Origin: Octopus sinensis
Taxonomy: Eukaryota
Assembly (NCBI RefSeq): GCF_006345805.1
Contig: NC_043004.1
Coordinates: 61,380,001-61,444,000, forward strand
Direction of reading: 5' to 3'
Length of the DNA stretch: 64,000 nt
Shown here: positions 13,235-25,754 of the stretch, in pieces
Layout: every line of letters starts with the position of its first letter
Numbering within the stretch: position 1 is the stretch's first letter
Made by a program: the position numbers and the translations under genes
Notes under the pieces: model-generated
Database searches by the model: none
What the model was told of the DNA's origin: nothing
The model's input: the letters and a program-made list of their open reading frames with translations, nothing else

Positions 13235-14385
13235 ACGTTGACGATTACAATCTAGTTAGTCATTCTGAAACATGTCTGCAATCTCTTGTATTTGCATTTG
13301 ACTCGGCCTGACTATCAACTTGGAAAGAATACAGGTGTGATGCATCAACCTGCATGTGGCGTTGTTTGTAAGACCCCTAAACGTTTTGTTAAGAGTAAGT
13401 TATTTCAGGTTGTTGTTTCTTTCATCTACCTTGGAACCTCTGTACTAAAAGATGGGAATCTGGATCCAGAACTACATCTGCAAATGGAAAGGGCAGCACA
13501 AGCCTTTGGTGACTTGGAGACACGTGTCTGGCGCCAGCGACATATAAAAAATAATACAAAGTTGGCTTTTTACAAATAATTTGTGTTACCATCCTTGTAT
13601 TCTTTTGAAGCATCATGTTATGAAAGACATTTTAAATTGTTAGAACAGTTCCACCAAAAATTACTTCATCGCATTTTAAAAATTAAATGCAGTTCTTTTT
13701 CTCCAAACGCAGATGTCCTTGCACCTGCAGGCATCACCTCAAAGCTATAATTCTGAAAGATTAAATGTGATGGTGTGGATGTATTGTTCGAATGGCGGAT
13801 GAAAGCACGCCCAAAGAGTTGTTTTATCGTGAGCTTGCAGAGGGGAAACGCTATCGGTGTTAACCTAAAGAAAAGGGTTAAGTACGGCATAAAGACTAAC
13901 ATGGAGTCACTTCGAATGAATGCAGAGGACATAGAAACCGTTGCTTTGTATCGAGATGGATGCCGAAGAAAAGCGTAGAGTGGAGTGAAAGAGTTGGAGG
14001 AGGCCAGGATAACGCATGCCAGACTCAAGAGAGATTTAAAGAAGAATGTTACGATCGAGAAGGTGAATCACAATGACCCTTTTGTGTTCACATTTTATGA
14101 CAGGCCATGCCTTCCTTTCGCTGGGCTCAAATCTCATTTGCGATCCCTTGAAAAACGAACTTCTACCGACTATTCTGCCTATATGTATGTGCACACTTTT
14201 CAATGTAATGCATGTCAGAAGGTCTGTAATTCTAACGGAGACCTCAAAAGACATTTTAAGATCCACAAAGATCACAACTTAATTGCAAGTCTTGGTGGTC
14301 CAAATCGGATATGCAATCTTTTTGGGTGTCTATTCAAAATATTGGTTTAAAAAGCCACATAAGATGCTATGATAGTTCTAAGGCT
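13235..14385 (+). mobile_element. RTE-clade LINE 3' fragment (RT C-terminus plus C2H2 fingers)
   Basis: FIYLGT, AAQAFGDLETRVW, TKLAFYK, LLEQFHQKLLHRILKIK, AGLKSHLRS, FQCNACQKVCNSNGDLKRHFKIH; many stops and frameshifts. Confidence 0.85.
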
Positions 14386-14409
14386 TTGCCTCTAGCCCTG
14401 TTGTTCCTT

Positions 14410-14830
14410 GTCCATGTGCGTATATAGACGTGTGCATGTACTCACACTGTGCGCGCGCGAGCGTGTATGCGGGTATGTATGTGTATTTTTGGTGAATGTG
14501 TGGGTGAGCATGTGTGTGTTTCAAGTGAGGCTGGATTCTATATACTTATAGACGCATGTGCGTAGGTGTGCGGGCTCGCATGTGTAGGTATAGACATGCG
14601 CGCTTATGTGAATAGTATTAACATTTTTACTCCCTTATCTGTACTGCGTCCCCTAACTTAACGGTCATTTTAATTGCTCTTTTGTCTTACTAACGGTCAA
14701 TCACACAGTAATTTCCGTTTCTTTAACGGTCAATTTCATAGCATTGTTTCGATGACCGGATAACTGTAAAGATAGTGGCATGGGTTTCCGCCCCGACATA
14801 CCAAACTCCGAGTTTTATCATGGCTAGATA
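14410..14830 (+). mobile_element. Solo 3' UTR fragment of the PLE family at 36.0-37.95 kb
   Basis: A GT-rich tract followed by ttaacggtca repeats and gggtt(t)ccgccccgacat...ctc.gagttttatcatgg, shared with 37730-37925. Confidence 0.65.
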
Positions 14831-14909
14831 AATTTCTCTATTTGCATGATATGGAGGTCTCTTCCATTCTTTTGTTGCCTTACCCTTTCTATCAATACGC
14901 ACACATACA

Positions 14910-14952
<43 letters not shown>

Positions 14953-15167
14953 ACACACACACACACATACATATATATAATTTTAGAAGTCAATAAGTGG
15001 GAATCGAGAAGAAAATTAAAAAGATACTTGGTTCATTATATTTGCATTACAGTTGGGAAAGTACTGCAAATTAAAAGATAAAAAGATAAACCGATCAGAT
15101 GCCATGATGGTTATAAGGCCTATGTACAGGAAATGGTCAAACTTTTCAAAAGGAATAGAAAACCACC

Positions 15168-15204
<37 letters not shown>

Positions 15205-15225
15205 AATATATTGGTAGAGTTGTTG

Positions 15226-15273
<48 letters not shown>

Positions 15274-16753
15274 TTATTTATTTATTCTCAAACGCGCGAG
15301 CAGGATAAGTTATCCATACATTGCAGAAAAATGCACCGCCGGCCAGCCATGAGACTGTAACTCACATTTCTGTGATTACGCATCAAGTGCTTTATCATTA
15401 AGCTAAACTGCCCAGTAACGAATTCTTCTGCAATTTTATAACTTATAAATTTAGCTTCATAAGACGCTAATGTTAAATTCAACTTATGATGAAAGTAAAC
15501 TAAGTTTGTTTTAGAGGCGTTGAGATGTATTGAAAGATACAGATCTAACCTTTTTTAAAAGGACATACCTATAAAAAGGAGTAATGAAAGAACAGGAACA
15601 AGTATAAAAGGAAGTCCATCAACAAAATAACCCCTAAAATATCTACAAAGATATTCTACATATCTTTTGATATAACAATATTTTAGAATCATCAAAAATT
15701 GTAACTTTTAAAGATGTAATAAGCAGTATATTGTTAGATCGGTTTAGGGAAAATAAACCTGGCTGGCATCAAGATTGTTTCTAACGATCCCTTATGCAGA
15801 TATTATAGAAACATATATATATATATATATATATATAAGTATACATAAAAGTGTATGTGTGCCTAATCATGCATCTGTTAAATGGCTGTTTATGAAAATA
15901 TGTAACTGAACTAGGCACACATATACAGATAATTACTCACATCTGCCTCTCAATATTTCTGTTCAGGATAAAACTACAAGTCATTTTTCCCAGGTAATGT
16001 TCTAATATGACAGATATTTTTACCCTGGAGTTTTCATGTGCTCAAGTTATTCGTAGCTTGCGCGCTCTAGTTACCTCTCGTGTAATTAGTAGAAGAAATT
16101 ACATTGGCCACAGTAATGGCTTCTGAACATATTGGCGTAGAAGAAGGAAAGCATCCTTAACAGCAAGCTCACATGAATGGAGCCAAGGAGTAAAAAAAAA
16201 ACCCACTGTACCGGACTAAGATTTCCACTGCTGTAAATATAACGGGATTAGACCCCATAACAATGAACTAGAATAAATACCGCAAATCGTTTCGTTCTAT
16301 ACACTAACAACTCGAGAAAATACATCAGCCACTCCCACATTCTCCTGCGCTCCCATCAAATTCGTGTTTCTATATTTGAAAAGAAAGTAACGAAGAATAA
16401 AACAATGTTAACTTCATGCTAAAAGCTTACACATTTTTATTTCTTCCTTTTATTTCCCCTTCAGGTAGTCTAAGATATATTTTGTCAATTCTGAATCGTA
16501 GTTAAATGTCTGAAACATTTTTTTATGTTTGAATTTCTTCCTTCTGGTTACATCAGAAATAACTCCAAGCTAAACAACTAAATTTTACATTTCTGTATTT
16601 GTTTATTAGTCGAGTTAATAAAATGATAATAGAAAGAAAAAAAGAAAATTCTATAACCAGCAGTATCTCTGCATCTCTTAAGTCTGGTGAATGAAAAAAA
16701 ATATATAAGAAACGGAAAACATAGAAAAAAAGACCAAATGAGTCTCTTGCTCC

Positions 16754-16932
16754 AATCTGCTTGAATATAATACCGAACAATGCAGTGTGGGTAAAAAGAT
16801 CATTTCGAAATTCAGTTCTGAGATCGATTCAACCTCGTGACAACAGCTATTTTACCACGTCCACGTGCTCGCCATCTGAAAGTTGCGCAGACCCTAGACT
16901 GCATTGTTTGGTATAATATTGCAAATGAGATT
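16754..16932. mobile_element. Small MITE-like inverted repeat
   Basis: ~40-bp arms aatataataccgaacaatgcagtgtgggt / accctagactgcattgtttggtataatatt around a ~95-bp spacer. Confidence 0.6.
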
Positions 16933-16944
16933 TTAGCAAAAGTC

Positions 16945-17610
16945 CCTAAAGTCCCAAAATTCACTGAGGGATTTCATTTGTGAATAACTCAATTAACCTT
17001 ACAAATAATTGTATGAAATTTAGCGACAATATAAATGGCATAATGGGAATGAATATGCATGTGTCAGAGTTTGAAACACCACTGCATCACTTATGAAAAT
17101 GACATCAATTAAATGGCAACTATTTTCGTGCTCTTTCCAAAGCTTGCAACATAATATCCTCAAAAGTAAAAGATCCGGTCTAGTCAAGTATGGGGAACCT
17201 GAAGGCAAGTTGACGTTGCCGTAGACGGGAAATTATTCTCTCTTCAAAGCACTGCCGTGGTAACTGCATTGTTTCCCTTGCGGTATGAGAAGTTGCTCCA
17301 TCTTCCTAGATCCATATGTGTGTCTACTTTGAATGGCTGGGAGCAGAGAAATTTGAGTCATGGATATCTGAAAGAGAGGATTTAGGTCAACAAACCAGAA
17401 ACCCTAGTGCAACTGAAGGAGGCCTTCAATAGAAAAATCAGAGAAGTGGGGTCTGAAACTCTTGAGGGTTTTATGGTGCAAGCTTTGGAAAGTGTACAGG
17501 CGTGAAACTGAAAATGGCTGCCATTTAAGCGATGCCATTTTTCATTTGTGATGTAGTGGTGTTGCTAACCTTGGCTTGTGCATATTAATTTCCATTATAT
17601 CCTTTATATA

Positions 17611-17679
<69 letters not shown>

Positions 17680-17730
17680 CTAAGGAAGTTATTAAAAACC
17701 GAAAGCCATCAGAAATTTATGGGACACCTG
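16945..17730 (+). mobile_element. Rosa-like Tc1/mariner derivative with both arms made from the 3' end
   Basis: Plus strand reads GYLKERI*VNKPETLVQLKEAF...ENGCHLSDAIFHL*, then TIR atttatgggacacctg. 17030-17170 is an inverted copy of 17460-17610. Confidence 0.7.
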
Positions 17731-18642
17731 GCATATATATACACACATATGCACACACATATACACACATATGTATATATATATCAGCACGCATAAACAC
17801 ACAGACCCACACATACGCGCACATACGCATACGCTGATGATGACTTAGAAGGAGATATTGAAAGAATCAATAAAATCTAACCTGTAATTTTTTCGGATAC
17901 TAATAATTTGAGGTCAAACGCCGTGTAGATCAAATTTGGCATTCAACTTTACGGTGTGGAAAATAAAAATATACATAAATTAACCGCCTCTTCGATTAGC
18001 GAAATCAATGTATATTCGGCAGCATGTAATCAACTGGTGGTTCTGATAGCAACTAGTGCCTTGCTGTATCGACAGTTGTCTTGCCTAAACCCCAATGGCA
18101 TTGTGAAGAGTGGTATGCACCCCTAAACAAACTCATAAGCATAAAATTCGGTATAATGCAGGAGCTTTTCATTTGAAATACGTAGACATATATGTCTGTC
18201 TCCCTCTCTCAGAATGCTGATCCTTTCATCAGCCTCAGTCAATCCAGCAGTCTCATATATTTCTTCATATTGACTGTGACACTGATCTCTTTTAGTGTAC
18301 AAATTTATACATATTCCAGTTAGCTTCCTTAAATCCATTTCTGTCACCCCAGACATATTTTCTGGCATTCCTAATCTCATTCTAAGACATATTTAGAAAT
18401 AACTTGTCCATCTCATTTTTAGACGTAAAAAATCTTAACTACATAATTCATAATACTTTTGACCGATGATATAGAATCAATTTATGTGGTGTGTGTGTGT
18501 GTGTGTGTGTGTGTTTGTATATCTTTCCTTCTTTCCTGAGCGTCCAATAATACTATACTTGTTCCGCGTCCTCGCGTTGTTGTGTTTTCCCTTTGTGTTT
18601 TCATGTTTGGATTAACTATATATGTACATACATACAGAAATA

Positions 18643-18732
<90 letters not shown>

Positions 18733-19656
18733 TATGTGTATATATAAATGTACGTATACTTGTGTGTGTATGCTTGCATCTGTGTATGCATATACATGCA
18801 CCCACACAAACACACACAGATATATATTTATACGTATATATGCAAACTATGTTTAAAAATGCATTAATATAAGAGAAAATAATTTGTGGACGATGTAAGG
18901 ATGAATAGTGTAAGTTTTGAAATACTGAGAAACAGCTGGCTTTGGTAATATTTCTTGATGATATATGGAGGATATAAAAAGAAACTCTCTTATTTGATAA
19001 GCAATCTCTTCACTAAATTCAAAATTTTCACATCAATACTACAAAAACATTTGCATTGATTTGTCACTAAGAACTGCAAGAAAAAAATCCATAAAAATTC
19101 GTGCATTGATTTATTACTAAGGAATATTATGCCACGTATTAATAAATAGCAGTAAGAGAACTCTTTTTATGGTAAGACAATGTTCAGTAATTCATTACTG
19201 TTACCAGATTTTTTCTCCATATCATAATACAGTGAATGCTGTTCTTATGGTTCCTTATATGACTAAAGCTTGTTTGAAAAGACAAACATTTTATATTTGT
19301 AAACATCGCAACTTAGTACTTGTAAGCCGTATTTTATTACGGTCATGCTACAGATTAACACAACCACTCGCAATACGTTGAGTTTAATGCAATAACAACG
19401 ACCTGATCTTTTGTAGTGTCCATCCATTTCTAGCGTTTATGCTGAAGAAGTGATAAGTACTCTGAAATGTACGTATCCATATATCCAGGCAGCAGTGCAA
19501 AGAGGTGATTTTATGTGTTTGCAACTATTTGTCTACAGAGAGAAAATGTTTTCCATGACATAACAGAGCGAAATGCTTTGTACAGCTTCGATGATATCTC
19601 AAGTCTATATTTGTACAAATCATTGCTTAGCACTTCTATTTCTTGGGTACTTGGGC

Positions 19657-19707
<51 letters not shown>

Positions 19708-19904
19708 TTAAGTAGGTGAATGAATGATCCTAGCATGGAAAATTCGTTTAACAGATACCTGGGTAGCAAATTCACGTCAGAAAACACGGTTGAAGCGATC
19801 TGTCAAGGGTAGAAACTCCGGGTTCTTGTGTGGAAATTTGTGTGTTTTTTATATGAATAAATGAAAGAATGGAGTCGAACGAAGATTTTAACAAAATTCC
19901 TTTA

Positions 19905-19987
19905 CTCTCGACACATGTTTCGAAGACGGCATACATTTAATTCCGAAGGAATAAAGAAGGCATTATGCCATCTTCTCATCAGGAAAG
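19905..19987 (-). ncRNA. Type I hammerhead ribozyme (mirror copy)
   Basis: Same core and stems on the minus strand; differences are mostly in loop II and distal stem I. Confidence 0.85.
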
Positions 19988-20080
19988 ATAAGGAGCCTCT
20001 TTCAGCCACAAGACGAACAAAAGTTTTTGATGATTGCCTACATGATGACCACAGTCTTGTGGCTGAAAGAGGCTCCTTAT

Positions 20081-20163
20081 CTTTCCTGATGAGAAGATGG
20101 CATAATGCACCCCTTATTCATTCGGAATTAAAAGTATGCCGTCTTCGAAACATGTGTCGAGAG
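20081..20163 (+). ncRNA. Type I hammerhead ribozyme
   Basis: ctttc-CTGATGA-gaagatggcata[loop]tatgccgtcttc-GAAA-catgt-GTC-gagag: complete core, 12-bp stem II, palindromic stem III (acatgt), GUC site at 20156-20158. Confidence 0.85.
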
Positions 20164-20210
20164 TGAAGGAATTTTGTTAAAATCTTCGTTCGACTCCATT
20201 CTTTCATTTA

Positions 20211-20261
<51 letters not shown>

Positions 20262-20984
20262 TCATACATACATACATACATACATACATACATACATACT
20301 ACATACATACATACATACATAGGCACACGCACACATATATATATATATATATGTATGTAAATGTCGAACATTGAATATGAGTGCTCAACAAAGCATTTGG
20401 CGGATATTTTGTATTCCTGCGAAGTTTCGTGTTTTCTTGAGAAATAGAGACGAAGAACATCCCTCTACTTGATCGGCTTGAAATGTCATTAAGATGTTAA
20501 GATACTTTCTTAAAATTAAGCCAATGGTAAACTTAACATACAAACACCCACATACACATACGGGCACCCACCCACATACACACACACACTCACATACGTA
20601 TATACTGAATAACGAAGGCGGTTGTAAGCAATATAACACCAAGGAAGAACATTTCAGTTGTCACTAATTGTGACTGACAGTACAGTGTACTCTAGAAATA
20701 AGAGGTTAAAACCCTCTTTTTCGCAAAGAAGCATAAGTCCAAGTGCTGGCAGTGGAGCTAACCGCCCTTTAACGAGCGAGATCATCATACTAGATTCTAC
20801 ATTCTGGTATGGGATAAATAATTTAATGAAGAAGGGGAAAAGAAAGTATTTACTCGGTGAACTACAATTACTGTTACACGAGGTTAAACGCTCTCTGTCA
20901 CGTTTGACAGTGAACTGCCTATTAATCAATTACAGTTCTTTATTCTATAGCAATGTGTCAGTTCACTTTTTCTGTCCCTAAAGT

Positions 20985-22790
20985 TTATCTGTTCTAACGC
21001 TGTGAAAGGTATAGTTCGTGTTGGCTTAAACACCAGTATAACATTTTCCTTTTAATTTGAAACTTTCCTTTTGTTTTAATGCACAGACCAAATTCATCAG
21101 ACATAACTTCAGGAAAAAAACTTATTTAATTCTCTTTAAAAAAGAATCTGGCGACTTATGCGTACTGGCGTAAAAACCATTCACATTTTTACAGAGAAAG
21201 ATTTATGGGGCGGTCGCATAAATTAAATAATTCCATCCTGTCTATTCCGAATAAATTTGTTGTATTATTCAAGACAAAAAAGACTTTGGCTTTTCAGGTT
21301 TTTTAACGAAAAGTAACATCACTTATCAATCCGACCTTGTAATTTTCTTTCTGAAAAAAAATGTGTAATTTTCGAAGTTTTTTCTTGATCTAGGTTTCCC
21401 GATTTTTTCTATGTATCTGTGTTAATTATAGAGATATCAGTATCCCTATCCAATTGTAACTTTGCGTTTGTGCTATTAATTTTTACATACACGCATTTCG
21501 TTTGAGGCTCATTCGTATTTCTTTTCACCGTATTTCTTGTCTGTTGAACCGTTGACCTGTTGAACCGTTTTTTAGGTTTTGTTTTACAGCGTGACTTTTT
21601 CATGACCTGTCTTACCACACATATTTTTAAACGGATAATTACTTTTAGAATGTATTCCACAGATCGCACCCATAACATGCATTCGGTCTTGGCATTTTTC
21701 ACTTCTTTATTATCTTTTATCTGTCGACACGAATGAATATGAGAGCAATCTTTTTCTTCAATTTTATCTGCGTCATTTCTTAGATTTATAATCCTACGGC
21801 ATTCTTCTACTACTGGCTGTAGAGTTAACTTTTGATTTTGCTCTAATTTTGTTAGTATCCGGGAAGTTAGCTCTATATCTTTGCTTTTAAGAAGCCCTTG
21901 AAGAAAAATTAGACACTAGCACATGCCCGGGATTAATTAATTGAATTCATCTTTTTTTTTTTTAACTAAAGTTAAACACTGCCAGCAAGTATTGAACAGG
22001 GAAATCTTTTGCTAAAAAAATGCTTCATTGAAACAAATCTCACCTGGTTTTCTAGGCAGAATATAATTACTTCATTTTTCGTGTTCAAGAGCAGATAACA
22101 TTCTTAAACGTAGTCATATTTTTTCTCACCAAACAAATTTTTACATTATTCTTTGAAGATTTCTTCGTATCTTCGGAAAAGAGGCAGAGACGGTAACGTC
22201 ATCTTCTGGATTATAACTGAATTCTTCAATTAAGTTTGCTGCGCTGTCTGGCGAAGTATTTTCAAACTTCTTCCACATTAATTCCAGCAATTGTTGGTTT
22301 TGTTGCTGCTGTTGTAGTTTCTGTTGAAGTTGATGTTGTAATGTCTGTTGTAGTTGCGTTTGTTGATGTTGTAGTTACTGTTGTTGTTGTTGCCGATAAA
22401 ATTGCAACTGCATCAACTGCACCAAAATGTCTTCCATGTTAAAACGATTTTTTCTTTAGTTTTGTACAACAACAAATCTTAACGTCCAACGGAAGCTTCG
22501 GACAACTCGCCGCCACTCTTATATCCTGTTGTTTATCGCAGCGGGAGCGGAGAAGTATTCATCCGACGCAGTGCCATTATTGTTACGCGAGGGTAAACGC
22601 TTTCTGGCACTGCTCACAGTGAACTGCTTTCAAATGAATTAAAATTCTGTATTTTATAGCAATGTCTCAGTCTACTTTTAGTCACTTGTTGGGTGGTCAC
22701 AATATTTCCTTAACACCAGAATTCCTGTGTCCTTTGAAATTAAACCTCTTCAATAACGTGACGCAGCTATAAGCATTATACGCCAAAAAA
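20985..22790 (-). mobile_element. Ty3/gypsy (Mag / K02A2.6-like) 5' half: LTR remnant, PBS, gag, protease
   Basis: PBS-like tggcggcgag (plus 22506-22515); gag MEDILVQLMQ...IEEFSYNPEDD...FRRYEEIFKE; knuckle remnants CYGC and CGKTGH; protease remnant VKINSTNAKLQLDRDTDISIIN; pol start FPEVMSDEFGLC. LTR limits uncertain. Confidence 0.8.
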
Positions 22791-22799
22791 GGAAACATC

Positions 22800-23210
22800 C
22801 ATTGTCACTAATTGTTACTGGTGGTGCAGGGTTGTACCTACATTGCTGAAGATAAGAGATGAAACCCGACTTTGACGCAAACTAGCAGAAGTCTATGTTC
22901 TGACAGGAGAACTAACCGCTCCACAGCGAGCAAGACCATCTTATTAGAATTCTTGTTTGGTTTGAAATTAAATCTCTTCAGAGGTGATTAATCTGCAGCT
23001 GAATGATTTGGTCAAATACCAGCTGTCAGTATATAGCATTTACCATATAAATTAATGGATGATACACCAAAATGGTAATGTGAAAATTATATAATAACGA
23101 TGGCGACTATACGAAATATAAAACCAAGACAGAAGAATTCAATTGTCCTTAATATTGACTGGTGGTGCAGAGTAGCACCTACATTGCTAGAAATAAGAGG
23201 TTAACGCCTT
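22800..23210 (-). repeat. ~340-bp-period degenerate tandem unit (PLE pseudo-LTR-like)
   Basis: Motif ttgtc..taa..tgactggtggtgcag...acctacattgct.gaaataagag at ~22802 and ~23142. Homologous units at 60.6-61.1 kb; single motif at ~20658. Confidence 0.6.
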
Positions 23211-23229
23211 CTTAGCTGCAAATAAGAAG

Positions 23230-23590
23230 ACGTCTATGGCAATAATTCCTTGGAGAAAATTCGGCATCTCCTGGAAACGATATGATATGGATTTGCCTAC
23301 CTTACTATGGACCAATTTATGTTATACTTAATTTTATCTTCCTTATGTCACTTCATAAAATCGACCAATGATGTTGAAAATCTCTTGCTGATTTTCTTGA
23401 AGCTGGCAATATAGCTCCGATACTATTTCTGGAATAAATCAGTCGTTGCTCCGATGTAGACATATCGTCCTCGTCTTGTGTGTACAGTACATTTGTATAT
23501 AAGATTTGTACTCATACACAGTCTCCTTAATGGGCATCTTGATTTTTCTCTGTGTGAGTATTTATTATATTTAGTTGTATGCATCGCAGC
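23230..23590 (-). mobile_element. Penelope-like (Naiad-type) GIY-YIG endonuclease fragment
   Basis: EKSRCPLRRLCMSTNLIYKCTVHT...YVYIGATTDLFQK*YRSYIASFK...YNINWSIVR*ANPY. Confidence 0.8.
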
Positions 23591-23862
23591 TGTGACCTTA
23601 TTTTGCGTCGTTGTTACTGTGTTAGCTGCATCACTATTGCTGCTACTTTCATGATGTGGTCGTATCTGGTGTTTTTCGTTGAGGTTTACATGTCCTGTGT
23701 TGGTACTTTCACACACACACTCACATATACACACACATACTCATACACCTATATGTGTTTATATATATATGTACATACATACATACATACATACATACAT
23801 ACATACATACACACACACACACGCAAACACACATATATGAATTTAAAAAGTTTCACAGGTGA

Positions 23863-24055
23863 AGCGGTGAGCTGGCAGAAACGTTAGCACACCGGGTGAA
23901 ATGCTTAGCGGTATTTCGTCTGTCTTTTTTTGTTCTGAGTTCAAATTCCGCCGAGGTCGACTTTGCCTTTCATCCATTCGGGGTCGATAAATTAAATAAC
24001 AGTTGGGTACTGGGGTCGATCTAATCGACATCCCCCTCCCCAATATGTACTCTTG
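23863..24055 (+). mobile_element. tRNA-derived SINE family C
   Basis: gagctggcagaaacgttagca head, gagttcaaattcc B box, central gtcgactttgcctttcatcc.ttcggggtcgataaatt. Diverged relatives at ~52914-53100 (+), ~55156-55280 (+) and ~58755-58830 (-). Confidence 0.75.
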
Positions 24056-24342
24056 AGTCCAGTGTAGAAAAGTATAAATTTATTTAACCACGGAACATTC
24101 ATTGGAATACGACAGTTTCACGAACTTCATCATCTAGCATGAATTTCAGTATGCAAGAAATTACGAGTATATGTTTGCAAGAATAATTATTCTCAGTATT
24201 ACAGTTTTCTTTTATTCGCAAATTAATACAAATTAATCATGTTTACATCAAAAACCTCTCCCATTCTATATACACCTACACATAACCCTATTTATATACA
24301 TTATATGTATGTGTCCATATACATCTATATGTATACATATAA

Positions 24343-24407
<65 letters not shown>

Positions 24408-24591
24408 AATATATATATACGTTCATATATAAATATATAAAGGCGAAGGAACTCAAGAATAGGCAAGGGCCATTCAAAAATGTGCACCTGCGTATGTTTG
24501 TGTGTGTGTGCGCTTAGGTATATATGTTCTATATTTTGCAACTTCTTTTATATATTATATTATTTATAACTTTTTGACTTTTATTTTACAT

Positions 24592-24960
24592 TGCCGAACA
24601 CTCTTGGCTCGCATCCTCTTCAACAGGATCATCAACTGCGACTCTGGATGGATTTGTACTCTTAGTTAATAAACCTGGCGAAGGCTTTTGATACAATCGA
24701 CAGAGAAGATTTGTGGACCAGCTTAACTAAGTTGCACTACACACACAAGTTCATCGCACTCAAAAAACTCTTTCACGAAAATATCATGGGTCACGTTCTT
24801 TGAAATGTTGACTGCACCAACTCTTTCAACATTCCCATTGGTATGAAACAGGGCTGTGTACTCGCCCTCGTCTTTTTCAACTTGTTCTTCACACAGTGAA
24901 AAACCTTGACCTGAGCATCTATATGAACTATCGTTGAGGTGGCTCTGTTTTTGAACTCTT
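24592..24960 (+). mobile_element. RTE-clade RT fragment
   Basis: LARILFNR, LAKAFDTIDREDLW, GMKQGCVLAL.FFNLFF across frameshifts. Confidence 0.75.
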
Positions 24961-25144
24961 ATCCCTTAATTACATGACTATAAATAAGATACCTCGCCAG
25001 AATGAATACTAGTTAAATATTGAGTTAGTGATTGCCAACATTACCGTTAAATATCGCCAGTATAATTCTATATTCATTTCAGCAACAGGTGCACACAGCA
25101 TAAGCGTACGTATGTATACATATATGCAAACGCACAAATAGTAG

Positions 25145-25176
<32 letters not shown>

Positions 25177-25231
25177 TGTTTGTATGTATGTACACATACA
25201 TGTGTATGTATGTTAATTTGTATGTATGTAT

Positions 25232-25305
<74 letters not shown>

Positions 25306-25306
25306 C

Positions 25307-25359
<53 letters not shown>

Positions 25360-25754
25360 CATTAAAACATACACACATACATATCTAACAAATCAGTTTG
25401 TTCATACACAATTACTCACATATAGATACATATATATGTATACATTAGTGTGTGTCACTGAACATCGAGAGATAGTGTGAGTGTGAGAGGGGGAGAAATA
25501 AATAGATTGAAAATTGTAGAATACATACATATATAATATACATAAAGAATTACGTATCTTGATGTTTTTACTCTTCTTTTTCTTTTTATGCGATAGCTAC
25601 AGAATTATCTTTCATATAGTATTCAGCTTCGGTTCTTTGTTTATTTTATAGATGTTATACATTAAACATTTTTTCTTCGATTGAATTCTACCATCGTATT
25701 TACTTATTTGTTGTATACTTACAGCTTCTTACCTACATCGTTTTCTTCTCTAAG

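Larger units (their letters stand above)
19851..20217. mobile_element. ORF-less palindromic element carrying two hammerhead ribozymes (probable PLE-derived)
   Basis: Near-perfect inverted arms 19851-20014 and 20054-20217 around a 39-nt spacer. Confidence 0.85.

Noticed and set aside
19861-20166. 101-aa [11 protein letters not shown]...
   Set aside because: It lies entirely within the hammerhead palindrome and has no recognisable protein motif.
22843-22870. Hammerhead at ctgaagataagagatgaaaccc (similarly 12466, 17830, 29097, 63312)
   Set aside because: Core words are present but stems I-III cannot be formed.
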